Positions 23,901 to 36,476 of a stretch of 64,000 nucleotides of DNA are shown here, one piece after another. The stretch lies in NCBI GenBank assembly GCA_002104905.1, contig MCFE01000457.1:1-64000 (forward strand). The letters run 5' to 3'. The notes below the pieces were generated by a model. That model saw only the letters and a program-made list of their open reading frames with translations. It was not told the DNA's origin and searched no databases. Positions within the stretch are counted from its first letter, which is position 1. Every line of letters begins with the position of its first letter. The translations under genes and the position numbers were made by a program. Origin of the DNA: Basidiobolus meristosporus CBS 931.73. Lineage: Eukaryota; Fungi; Basidiobolomycota.

Positions 23901-25253
23901 TCACCTCCTATCTTTGTACCTATTTACTGGCTATTTCCTGTTTTTCACTATCCACATATACTCACTCTACTAGTGCCCCAATTATTGATGCATAAGGATT
24001 GGTTTATTTCTGCTTGATCCTCAGATATAGCACAATTCAAGATTATGCTGGCCTATACAAGTCAGTATGCTCAACATCAACAGTGAGCCCATCACCACGC
24101 TTGCCAAGTAACTCCATGAAAGTCCACTATTCAACTAGTACCTCTACCTCAGCATTCTTTGTCCATTACCTTGGCAGGAGCCCTGAGGCTATATTGCATT
24201 GCTTCATTGCTAGCTTACAAACATCCTGATCTTCAGCAAGCAGTCTGAGATCTAACATTTCATATACCAATCTTTTCAATAAATACTTGCAGTATTCAAG
24301 AGCAATTTCTTTAACTTTACTATTGAAGAAGTGCTGCACCTTTGGTGTGCATATTACTGCTCCAAATGTTGCTCATGAGCATGTTGCTAAGCTCTGCTTA
24401 ACATCACTGCCTTGTTTACCTGAGATCTCCACTGTGTTTACTTCAGAGGATGTAGGGGCTGCTGTAAAAGAAGTGCCAATATCTGCAGGCCCATCTACCT
24501 CTCTGGAGTGTAGTTTAACTGGCTACTTGTTGACCACTTGTGAAAGCCACCAGTGTCTTGCTAGCAATTCCTCTTGGTAATTGTTAGATTTAGACTGTTC
24601 TTTGTGGACATGGTGATATAGAGAAAAATGTAGCTTTAGTCCTTCACCTCTCTGCCTCTGCCTTAACCAGACTTTGTTTACTTCTCTATTTTTACCAATG
24701 GCAGAATATTCACTCCCCATGAAAAGTATTTTGGTGCTGCAGGTATGTTGTCTTCAAGAGAACAGTGTAATAAAAACTCTTGAATGGTTTAACCAAACCA
24801 AAGAGACATGGAAGTGCAGAGTCTTAGAATTATCAGACAGTGGCAGAAGTATTTCAAGAAAGGATATGGTCTTACAAGAGATTTAAATAAAGAAGGGCTT
24901 AACCTTAAATGTAACAGAGTTGATTTGCTATGTAGGCCAGGCTTGGTGTCCCTAAGATTGTGAGATATTGTTGTGCATCAACATTTAAAACTTTCTAATT
25001 TTACTCTGTTGCAAAATCTAGTGCCCTATTGATTTTCCCTAACCCAAACATAACTAATCCCAGTTATGGTTTGCTTTATCACTTCTCAGAATCTATTTTT
25101 AGCTGTCACACCTGATCACTTCTCATGTGGCCATTTTGTTAACAACTTATCTGCCATGCCTTCCCAGGTGATTAGTCATCTGAGATCTATTTAACCACTT
25201 AGCAGTTGCCAAGACATCAGCTGTTTAATGATGTAACTTTCATATATCTTATG

Positions 25254-28200
25254 TGTTGTAAGAGTCTTGGAGATATTGGAAGTAACTGGGAGGACTTGTA
25301 GATTATGTGGTTTTTGCTCAACAATTTATTGAATATAAAAGTAGTATTTATACTTTTACATGGTCTTGCCATAACAAACACGTAGAATAAATTAAGAAAG
25401 GTCCCAAGAACATGTGTGCAAAGTTTGGGGCTGTTTGGACAACTTAGAGAATTTTTATATTCTGGGTACCTGGTATTTAGGTGAAAATATTCTAAGTAAA
25501 TCCCAACAAGGAACTTGGTCAGTATTCTCTTGGATTTGAAGGTAATGATCTAAGTGACAAATTTAGGTGAATGTTTAGGTGGAATTACAAATTATTACAA
25601 CTCTCCTACTCAGCCAAATGTTCACAATGACTAGTCATAATTTTGACCTAAGATATTCAAACTTGTCTCTAGCTAATGGTGTGGTAAATATGTCTGCAAT
25701 CATTTCATCTGAAGGACAGCAAACAAAGCTAACTAAGTTATTCTCTATAGCTTCACATATGAAATGATGTCTAATATCTATGTGCTTAGTTCTAGCATGA
25801 AAAGCTGGATTTCTGCCTAATTGTATAAATCCCTGATTATCTTGAAATAAAGTGATAGGTGCTTATGACATAGACCTAAATCTGTAAAAAGCTTTCTTAA
25901 CCACATTGTTTCTTTTGTAGCTTCACAGGCTGCCATATACTCTGCCTCTGTGGCTGAAAGTGCTACAGTTGGTTGCTTTCTTGAATTCCATGAAATTGCT
26001 CCTTGACAGTAAAGAAAGGTGTATCCTGTGGTGGATCTTCTGTCTTCCAAATTTTGTCCCCAAGCAGCATCAGAGTATCCCACAAGGTCCTGTTCTGAAT
26101 CCTTTTAAGTGTATCTTAAACAGGTATCAGCAGCTCTTTTCAGGTATCTAAAAATCTGCTTAACTGCTGCAATATGATCAGATCCATAGTTCTGACTATG
26201 TTGGCTTACAACTCCCACAGGATATGAGATATCTGGATGTGTTCCAAGCATGAAATACATCCAACTGCTGACCATAGATTGGTAAGGAAAGTCAGGGCTT
26301 TCAGATGGAACCAAGCTCTCTTGATTTGATTGAGTTTTGACCAAGTTAATGTTTGTCTCCATTGGGGTAGCTGCCAGTTTACAGTCTTCCATTTGGTACC
26401 TCTTCTGTATATCTTGAATATACTTAGACTGGTTTAGGGTGCTAGTCTGGGTACTTCTGTTTATGGAGAACTTAATCCCTAAGTAGCAAATGAGTTCTCC
26501 TAGATTGGACATCTTGAGCTCCTTAGATAGGCTGGATTTAGTCTTTTCCAGTGTTTCTAGGTTATTGGTGGCTATAATAAGATCATCCCCATATAGAGCT
26601 AATAGAACTGGATTTGCTCTATCTGGCTTATAGTATATACTATAGTCAGCCTTGCTCCTTTTGAAACTCAAAGATTACAAATAAGAATCTATCTTGCAAT
26701 TCCAGGCTCTTGGTGATTGTTTAAGACCATACAGAGACTTTTTAAGCTTGCAGACCAAATGAGGGCTATCTTGGTCAACAAACCCATCAGGCTGGTCCAT
26801 ATACACATCCTCATCAAGTTCTCCATTCAAGAATGCAGTTTTACATCCATTTGATGAATAAAAAACTTATATTTGGCTGCAATAGCCAATATTAATCTGA
26901 TGGAATTAAACTTGGCTACCAGTTCAAAGGTCTCAGTATAGTCAAGTCCTTTTGTTTGAGAGTATCCTTGGGCCACAAGTCTGGCTTTGTATCTTTCAAT
27001 TGTACCATCAGCTTTGTATTTTGTCTTAAAAACCCATCTGCATCCATTGGTAATTTGATTAAGTCCCAAGTTTGATTTTACACCAGGGCCTGATATTCAT
27101 CAGTCATTGCAGATCTCCAAAACTTTGTCCAAGGGCTATTTAGGGCCTCTTTTACAGTCTGGGGCTCATCAATAGGGACTGAATAGGCATAGGCCAAGTT
27201 TGTAACCTCATTGATGTAGTAATTTGGGCTATTTCTTGTGCAATTGGATCTCCAGGCATTTGATACTGGAATGAGCACTTCTGGGAAATTCATGGACACT
27301 GATTCAAGCTGACCCATGGTAGTTGAATCCTCTGGAGTGAAAATTTTCATTGTTTTGCTCTGATTCAATCCTGACAATTGGTGGACTTGAGATTAGATTT
27401 TTGTCATCATTTGATGTCATTTTTTGTGAGCATTTTGAATTTTTATCAAACAACACATCCCTGGACTTGATTTGACTCTTTGCTTTGGTATTGTAGAGTC
27501 TGTATGCTTTACTCTCATTGCAGTAACCCAAAAATATGCATTTTACACTTATTGGCTGAAATTTTTACTGATTTCCAGGCAGTTACTTGGCATACGCTGT
27601 ACAATCAAATATTCCAAGATGCTCTGCACTTGGTCTGTACCTATACCATGCTTCAAATGGAGTAGAATTACAAAGTATTCTTTTATAACTCCTATTCTTA
27701 AGGTATACAGCAGTGGCAACTGATTCTGTCCAAAATTCATAGGATAATTTTAATCATGGATCATGTATCTTGCCATATCAATTATTGATCAGTTAGCACA
27801 TTCTATTACTCCATTTTGCTGTGGGGAGTATGGTACAGTAGTCTCTTGCTTTATCCCTTGAATTTTGCAGAAGTGGATGAAGAGTTTTGAGGTATATTCT
27901 TCACCATTGTAGGAGCGTATTTTCTTGATTTTTTCACCAGTTTCTCTCTCCACCGTGACTTTGAGCACCCTGAGCTTAGACAGAGGTTCTTCCTTTCTCT
28001 CCATGAAGTAGACCCACATGTATCTTGTATAATCATCAATACAAGTGATTAAATACTTCATCCCACCTAAGGATAAATTTTGCATAGGTCCACACAGATC
28101 TGAGTGAATTAGATCTAAATTTTTTTTAGTATTGGTTAGCCCAGAGCTCTTGAACAGTTGTCTGGCTTGTTTCCCATATATGCAGGCTTCACAGTGCTCC

Positions 28201-28658
28201 AAATTAGCTGGGGGATAATTTACTCCGGAAATTAGTTGATCTTTGATCATTTTACACAAATAATCAAAATTGATATGCCCAAATCTCCTGTGCCAAAGCA
28301 TTGGTGTTTCTTCATTTAGGTTACTTATACTGGCTTCCAGATATGATGGGATATAAGTCAACTTGTATAGACTCTGAACTCTGATACCCAAAGCCACATG
28401 GGCATCATATTGATCAGTGATCTTGCATCCAGAATTGTCAAACCTGAAACTGAGTCCTTCTGCTGTGACCTTGCTTACAGATAATAGGTTCTTGGCTATT
28501 TCTGGTATATAGAGTACTTCTTTAAAGGTCAGTGTATGGCTTCCTTCACTGCTTCTTAGGTTTACTTGGATAGTTCCTTCCCCCACTGCGTCAAGTGTTC
28601 TATCATCACCCATGAACATACTGCTTTCTCCACCTGGGATATTGATTGCCCTACACAT
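25254..28658 (-). mobile_element. Copia family 1, 3' portion: protease end, GAG-pre-integrase, integrase, RT, RNase H, PPT and 3' LTR (25254-25602); inactivated
   Basis: LWHRRFGHINF, CEACIYGKQ, DLIHSDLCGPM, PYSPQQNGV, RWVFKTK...RYKARLVAQGYSQ..GLDY, LALYGDDLII, GYSDAAWG...RRSTTGY...ISWNSRKQ.TVALS.TEAEY. Many stops and frameshifts. PPT-like GAGTAGGAG next to the LTR. Confidence 0.93.
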
Positions 28659-28659
28659 A

Positions 28660-31450
28660 TTATCTGTTCATCCTGTTTCTGGACTATTTCCTGATATCTC
28701 TGGGCCATTGCATCTATCCTATCAGCCACTGCACCTAATTGCTACATTAATGCTTTGGTATGAGCTGACAACATAATTGCTAATATGGGTAGTGGTGATG
28801 TTATCATGGCCAATTGCTGATCTTCAACTGAGGGTACTGCATTTGCTACATTCTCATCTGCCTGAGCATAATAGTCAGCTTGTGGCTCCGCAGAGATTAT
28901 CAATTGCCTACTTGACTGTGAGCCTGAGGAGTCTGCATTATTACCTTCAATGACCATACTGTCCACAGGGCCTTTTTTGGGTGTAGCCCTGCTTGTTGTA
29001 CTGAATGTCAAAGCCAGCTGTTGTCTAACCATTCTTCTGTTGCCATCAGTGGTGGGGTATAGTTGAGACCCAGACAACTTTGCTTTATTCTTTGGCAGCA
29101 TATATGTGGAAGTGAGTCAAACCAAAGGGAATATGGTCTTACATATACGTGTGTATGTGGTACCACAACTCTATTTGTAATGCTTACTATAGCCATTCAT
29201 AATTGAATCTTACATTTATGTAGGTGCAATGTCTCAAATACAAGACTTTCTTAAACTCACATGAGTATTGATCAAAAAGTGATGTAATAGTGTTACATTA
29301 TTGAAGGTCAAAATGTTTGCCCCATGGACAAACCTACTCAGACTCAACACCGTAAGAGAAGAGAAAAAAGACCATGTGGCTATTGTGGCCAGCCTCTCTG
29401 CCATGCAGCACACAGACAGGACTTGTTCCATCATTCCAGCTGATCATAGTGCCCAATAGTGCCATAGCATGCCAGATGGTGCCTGATCATGCCATAGAGT
29501 ACCAGATGGTGCCATACAGTGCCAATTTGGGATCAAAATTGACATGCATATGACCCTAAAATATCAAATTATTAACAAAATATACAGCACTCTCTGGCAC
29601 TATGATCAATGGCACAATGGAACAAGTCTACAGCATAGGAAGTATTACAAGGTTCATGGCCAGTGTTTTGCCACTCAAGTCATATTTGACCATTCATTGG
29701 TCACTACCATAGCAACATTATCTTGCCAGCCAGTTGATACTACTATATTGGCACCTGGCTGTCTTTGTCACCTTGTGCAAACTGAGTCAGGTGAATTTGT
29801 GATGCCTTTAGGCTCACCTCAGCCTTCTGAATATGGCACACAGAGTGATAGTGCTGACAAAGAAGGTTCACTAATGGATTTTGAGCTTATCTCCCCTAAC
29901 AACAGTACCAAATATAAGCCTGGTCAAATCCCTATATGCAAAAAGACAACACACGTTGAAACAAATGCTGAGGATACTTTATTGAGCCAAGTAAGCACAG
30001 TAATCCATGTACTGGTGAATGATGTAGTGTTGTGGCTAGAGAAGTGGCGCCTTTCCACTAATATCAGTAAAGGGGATTTTGAGGATTTAATACTACTTCT
30101 TGCCAAAATCATGCCAGCTTGCAACTTACCATGTACATGGTATAGGTGGATAACCATAATGGGGTTGGCAACATATGATGCAGAGACTGTCCTGGATCCA
30201 GCATGTGTTAACAGTTGCATGGCATTCACATCCAAAAATGCTACCATTACACCGTTTCCAAATTGTCAGGAATCCACCACCATTGAGGGAAAACATTGTT
30301 TACACTTGAGATATATTCCGGTTATACCCCATCTGAGGAAGCTGATGCAGTCCAATAAATATTGCAAAGCTATACAGTACCACACTCAGTATCTATCAAG
30401 CGCAAACATATCTAATATATTTGATGACAAACATTACAAACAGCTAAGAAGCAAGGGCTACTTTGAAGGTATGTATGACTATGCACTTGCTTCAGCACTT
30501 GATGGATTCTCATTAAATAAGTACTCTACCAGCAAATCCTGCTGGCTACTGATTCTCATCAATCTGAATCTGCCCACCATCTTATGGTACCAGAGCAATA
30601 ATCTTATGGTAGTCTCACTGGTATCTGGGCCTAAATCACCATCCAACCTGAATAGCTCCTGGTATCCATTGCTGGATGAATTTTGTCTGCTTTCCAGCAG
30701 GATAACAGTGAATGGCTGTCATGTAAAAGCACATATTATTATCTGCATTGGAGATACCCCAACCATCAGCAAGATAGCAGGTTTTTCTGGGCACAATGGA
30801 TGGTGTTGCTGTCAAATGTGTGAGATCCAGGGGATTTACTCCATAACTCACACACCTTATCATTAGCCAAACACTAGCCCTAGGAACATCATCCTTCTAC
30901 AGAGAGAATGTACAGAAATCAACATGCAATTGCAGCAAAGTTGGCAAGCTATAAGCCATTGGCTGGAATATGGAATCAATTGGAAACAGGAGAAACTTAA
31001 GATAAAAGGTATCTGTCGGAGCAAAAGCTTTCCACTGGGTGCAATGCATTTGCTTTTCAACAATATCCCTACACTGATGACCAAGTTGTACATGGGGCAT
31101 TTCAAGCTAAATGAGCCCTTTGAGATGCCAGAGAAATGGGAAAGAATTGGCAAGATATTACAGAGTATCTGCCACCCTAAGTACTTCTCACAAGCTGCAA
31201 TCAACATTCCTACACATATGCAACAATATAAATGCAAAGACTGGATGAGTTGGATATGCATTTATTCAAGTGGGGTTCTGAAGCGATTTCTACCAAATGT
31301 ACATTGGATGCATTGGAAGTCAAATGTGGACATTGTAGGAATATTTATCCAGAAGTGGATCATCAATGCCAACTTGACACTTCTAGACTATAGCCTAGCT
31401 AGGGGCTTTGCCATCATATCTACCACCATCATGTCAGTTGAGTAGTAAAT
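28660..31450 (+). mobile_element. CACTA/En-Spm-like element remnant with a Tnp2 (Transposase_21) pseudogene (~29324-31445) and a divergent degenerate ORF on the minus strand
   Basis: FDDKHYKQL, LDGFSLNK...SCWLLILINLNLP, LVSGPKSP..LNS..YPLLDEF, IGDTPTISK..GFSGHNG..CCQMC, LGAMHLLFNNI. 28660-29400 is homologous to 63190-63960. Termini were not found. Confidence 0.8.
29419..29629. mobile_element. 211-bp MITE of the Harbinger family (MITE1)
   Basis: TIRs GGACTTGTTCCAT / ATGGAACAAGTCT; TSD ACA (29416-18, 29630-32); ATAGTGCC subterminal repeats. Absent from the homologous site in the 63900 copy. Confidence 0.88.
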
Positions 31451-32339
31451 CAACTGCACTAAGCTATTTTTTGGAGCCTCCCTCACAAAGTGGTGTTTTA
31501 TATATAGGTACTTAGTTTTGGCTTGATTATTACATTTCTTAGATAGTGAAATACAACTTTGATTATCCTAGTAACCACATGTTGACTCATCTAAGTCAAG
31601 ACCCAAGTCTTTACATAGTTTTTGTAACCATAGAGCCACCTTAGTTGCTTGATAAGCAGTCATATACTCTTCTTTGGTTGTAGAGTGTGGTATAATTGGT
31701 TATGTATTGCAATTCCAACTAACAGCTGCTCTAGCATATGCAACTACATACCCAGAGGTAGAGTGTCTGTCAATCAGACCCTACCTCAATCTGAAAACTA
31801 TAGCCATTGCATCTTTGCCTATCAGCTGCTCCACAGTAATACAGAATCATAATTAAGATACCATGTAAATATCTGAAGATATTCCTAATAGCTGCAATTT
31901 GAATACAAACACAATTACAGATGAGTTGAGTTACTATTCTTACTGTCACTGAACTATAGGGTCATGTATAAACCAAAAAGTACATCAGGATCCTGGCCAC
32001 TGATTGATATAAAAAGTCTTGGTCCATATTCAGGCTGCTATCACCCAAAACGTACTCAATTATATGTGAATGTTAATTTTTAATTTTGAAGCATCCAATA
32101 GTGTCTTTGAGGTACTTGGACTGATTCAGCACAATTTTCTGCATAAATATGTCAAATTTGACTTTAACTAGAAGAAAATAGCTCAATTTTTCAAGATCTT
32201 TGATTTAAAACTTGCTCAAAAAGTCCTATTTTTTCAGTTAATGTGCATCTATAGTAATGGAGACTATTTCATTACTACAATATCTCAAAACCAATATTGC
32301 ACTCATTTCTTTACTTTGCTTTTGCTATTATAAACAAAA

Positions 32340-33560
32340 ATGAATGATCAAGAAGTTCCAACTGTTATGGACAAAAGCTCAAGACCCAGACAAGCAATCC
32401 ACCTAAGAGCATTATGTCATACAGATTACTCAGTAACCATCAAGCTTTCAGGATGTACTGGCTTATTCAGAATCAGGATCAATAACTATGCTCAACTTGC
32501 TCAGCTACTGGCTCAACTATTACAGAAAAATCTGAAACCTGAATGGCATGAAGAACAGGCATATGCTATGTTGGTATTGCTTGAGTTATTATCAAAGCCA
32601 CATGTTTTAGTAGCTATAAGCCTCAATGCAATTGATACATAACCAATCATTGTATCAGTATATAGCTATGGAACTGGGTTTGGAGGGAACATAATTCAAG
32701 TTTCAATAGATCATCACTGACAACCTTGCAAATATTGCAGTAGAATTTCATAGGAAATGAGCTTAACTATCCATCTATCATGAAAGAAGCATTGGGAGTA
32801 CCTTATGCACTCAAAAAGCTAAAGCTATACTTGTTAGAAGTACACTTCATGCTAGTAGTTGATGTCAAGCCATTATTAGGGATGTTGAATAAGGTAGAGC
32901 TTTTGCCTGCTCTGATTCTAGCAGAGTAGATATGATAAACCCAGATATTTGACTTAATGCTACAACACATGTCAGGAGCAAATCACAAGGGACCTGGTGC
33001 TTTATCTAGAAAGCAGCCAAATGCACCATAATCAGCTGATATTGATGAGATTGATGAATTTCTTGAAAATACAAGTCTTGAATTCTCACTCAGAAATGTA
33101 ATACAAAGCAATTATCAGCAAATCAAGGAATATCTCACACCACTCAAAACTCCTGCCAGCATTCCAACAAATCAACACACAAATTATAAAATAAAGGCTT
33201 TGTGGTTTACACTGCATGACAGCACAATTTTCAGAAAAAGCAAATATGGAGTTCCTCAATGGTATGTACATGACAAGCATGATCAGAGGAAATCATTCAT
33301 AAATTGGATGAGCCTGAATCAGGATATCATACAGGAATTATGTCAATATATGCAAAAATCTCCTTACAGTTGTTATGATCTGTTATGTTGTATTATGATT
33401 AGTTTGGGGCTTGTTCTACAATGTAGAGGCTAATCAACAATATACAACAACTTCCAGTATGCCAATACTGAAATATTTGTTGGGAGTCTGATATACCAAT
33501 AGATGATATAACTATCACTAATTTCCTCAATCTTAGGCACAAAATATACTGTAGGCAGTG
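32340..33560 (+). pseudogene. Degenerate Ty3/gypsy RT-RNase H-integrase fragment (second gypsy family)
   Basis: GCTGLFRIRINNYAQLAQLL..KNLKPEWHEEQA, ELNYPSIMKEALGVPYALKKL..YLL...VDVKPLLG, QHMSGANH..PGALSR. Confidence 0.65.
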
Positions 33561-33699
33561 TCTATCACTTCTGCAGCAGTGTTCTGACCTTGTGTTGACT
33601 AATGGGCTTATTTGCTTTTATAGTAACTTTTCCTCATTTGGAAGTCAATTTCCTCTCTGAGAGAATATTTCCTAATATGGAAGTTCTGAACTCCCCTTT

Positions 33700-33915
33700 A
33701 ACCTAAAGGGGTGTGTTGTAGAAGTCTCTAAAGGGGTCTTTAGACCTAAGGGGGTGTCTAAAGGGGTCTCTTTGGAGTAAAGGGGCCTCTTGTAGTGGTC
33801 TCTAAAGTGGATTTTACACTAAAGGGGTGCCTAAAGGGGCTTCTTTAGAGTAAAGGGGTTTCTTATAGGGGTCTCTGAAGGGGTCTTTAGAGTAAAGGGG
33901 TTTCTTAGAGGGGAC
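33700..33915 (+). repeat. Degenerate short tandem repeat built on TAAAGGGG units
   Basis: About a dozen (C/G)TAAAGGGG-like units separated by variable 3-15 nt spacers. Confidence 0.8.
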
Positions 33916-36280
33916 TTTTCCAACAGAAAAGCGGTAGTTTCTTGTAGAACTTAGATTGGACTCTTGTGAGCTTTGCAGTCTCCTTAATGATGTAGTACCA
34001 ATCAAAGTCAGAATACTCAACAGTGCAAGTGATGAGGGAAAGTCTTATAACTTTTAAACTTGTAATTGTAGTGTGGAGATTCTGGAAAGAGAGGCTCTCC
34101 CTTTATTTTTCAGCTGGGGAAGTCATATATATGAAAATTCTGAAGGATCAAAGTTTTTGGGTGATTGCACAAGCAATACACGTGATACAGAGCTAAAATT
34201 GTGCATTGGCACAGATTGGACATAGGTGCAGTACCTGTCAAAATATCATGTGACTTGATTGGCTGGTTTGAAAGTTACATGCAATCAAAGTCACCATAGT
34301 AATCCTAGCAATAAGCTATAGTGTATATAATAATTGGACTCTTTTGGTCATAACTCCATTAGTACTGCTTCAACTGAGCTGTAATTTGAAACATGTGTTA
34401 ACTACTATGTGTTCTGTATGAAATAATATTCTTGAGTTGATTGCTTGTTAGGATCTGGAGCATTTGTCCTCCAAAGTTGGAAATTCTTGATCTTTCACTT
34501 GTGTGTTACAATAACAAAAAGCAAAATAAAGAAATGAGTGCAATATTGGTTTAGAGATATTATAGTAATGGAATATTTTCCATTACCACAGATCTACTGC
34601 TTGAATGTTTAAGTTAGAGCAGTTTTTAGTCAAATCAATTAGTTATATGCTTAGCCTATCAGTATATCATTATTATCTATCAAATCCGTAGATTAGTCAG
34701 CAAGTAAATCAGCAAATCCTTACCAGACAGGAATAGATATATTAAGTAGGATCTTATTGGGTGATGATGATGAAATCAAATGAGTCATCAGCCATAGCTT
34801 ACATCAGGAAATACAATTAGTCAGCAATTGATCTGGCAAAATGCATATAAGGAGTTGCTGGAACCTCAATAAAAATTAGTTCAAGTTCTAGTGCGTACAA
34901 TACTAGCTAAACGCCCTATTCCTCTACAACTCTTATACCAAGACTTGTAACATTAGTAGTAGCAAAAACCATAAACCTCCCTCCTAAAGAAAGAAGGAGC
35001 CTCCCTCAAGATGTCCAAAAGTCAATAATGAAAGAATGCTATGCAGCAAATCTTGGCCCAACAGCAACAAGGAATGACTACCATGGCCCAAAGCCAGCAA
35101 AATCTGTCAAGAGCTACTTTAGTGTGAAGGTAAACCAGTACCATGGTAGAGTCAATAAAAACCTGCAAACTTGGCTCTAACAAATTGAAAAAACTTTGAA
35201 GTCTAAGGGAATTGCTCCAGAAGGCAAGTAACATTATGCAGCCTGTTACCTGGCCAATGCAGCTTTACAGTGGTACCACAACAAGATTACGTCAGCCACC
35301 ATAATGGGATGCTCTACAATCTCTACCTGGGATGAGTTTGTGTTGGAAACTCAGGATGCTTTTGAACCTCCACACTAGCAGACACTACCAAGAGGAAAGT
35401 TGAAGACATTCAGACAGAATGGAGTGGTTCAAGAGTACATCTATGAGTATAGATGTCTACTGGGACAAATTGAAAGAATGGACCTCCTGGATCAAGTGTA
35501 ATACTTTATTGATGGGTTGAAAGAAAGAACTTGCAGCAAGTGAATTATGAAAGACCCCAGACTATTGAAGAAGCCATCAAGATTGCCATTGACTATGACT
35601 CAGCTATGTTTGGAGTTGGGAAGCCCACAATTACCAACCAGAGAGGCTACAATCACTATGAAAGCAGATGATCAGAAGCAGTGCCAATGAAAATAGATGC
35701 TATGCAGAGGAATTCTACCTCATAAGAGTGTAAGAAGAAAGGAATTTGCTTCAATTGCCACCAGAAGGGACATATTGCAAAGTACTGCCCTTAGAGAGAA
35801 ATGGACACAAGCCATCAAGAACCTTCAACCATATTGAAGCTCTTGAACATAGTAACATGGAGGATGAAGTTGAACAAGACTGAGAACTCACCTTCTATAT
35901 GACAGAAGAATACCTATCCCAGATGACCTCAAACTCAGGAAAGCTGCTATATTTGAATGGAGTAATCAATGGAGTACCTGCCAAGAACATGATTGACTCA
36001 GGAGCATTGCATGAGTACATGTCAGAGCAATTTGCTTTGAAAGCTGGAATCAACTTGGAACCCACCAAATCAACTTCAGTCTCAACAGCTGATGGGAATT
36101 CTTATATAATCAACCATATTACTCAGCCAGTAAAGATGCAGATCAATGATATGAAGAAGACCTACAGGCCTATATATTTGGGAACTGCAAGTTTGACCTC
36201 GTACTTGGAAAAACCTGGCTATTTGTTGCAATCCATCAATCAACTGGAGAACCCATGCTACTCATATCCAGAGCAAATAA

Positions 36281-36476
36281 CGTAAAAACACTTTCGCAAC
36301 CGATAAACTTTATATGTTTATGTACAATCTTTATTTTGCGACAACCATTCAGTAAACTTTTTTTTCTTTTTTAAAAAAATTTGTCAAACATTTTCCCTCT
36401 TATTTTTCATTTGACATATCCCAAACCCACTCCTACGCCCATTTCCCACATGTCTATTTTTATGACTCTTCTCCCT
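36281..36476. other. ~200-bp unclassified insertion in the pol of element 1
   Basis: Absent from elements 2 and 3 at the homologous site; A/T-run rich and retains several CpGs. Confidence 0.6.

Larger units (their letters stand above)
32249..34591. repeat. ~90-bp inverted repeat pair (32249-32336 / 34503-34591), each with a terminal hairpin
   Basis: About 85% reverse-complement identity by eye. The right copy contains the perfect stem GTAATGGAA-tatt-TTCCATTAC. Confidence 0.75.

Noticed and set aside
33700-33915. CRISPR array or true telomere
   Set aside because: Units are short and degenerate with no unique spacers or cas genes; the array is interstitial and irregular.
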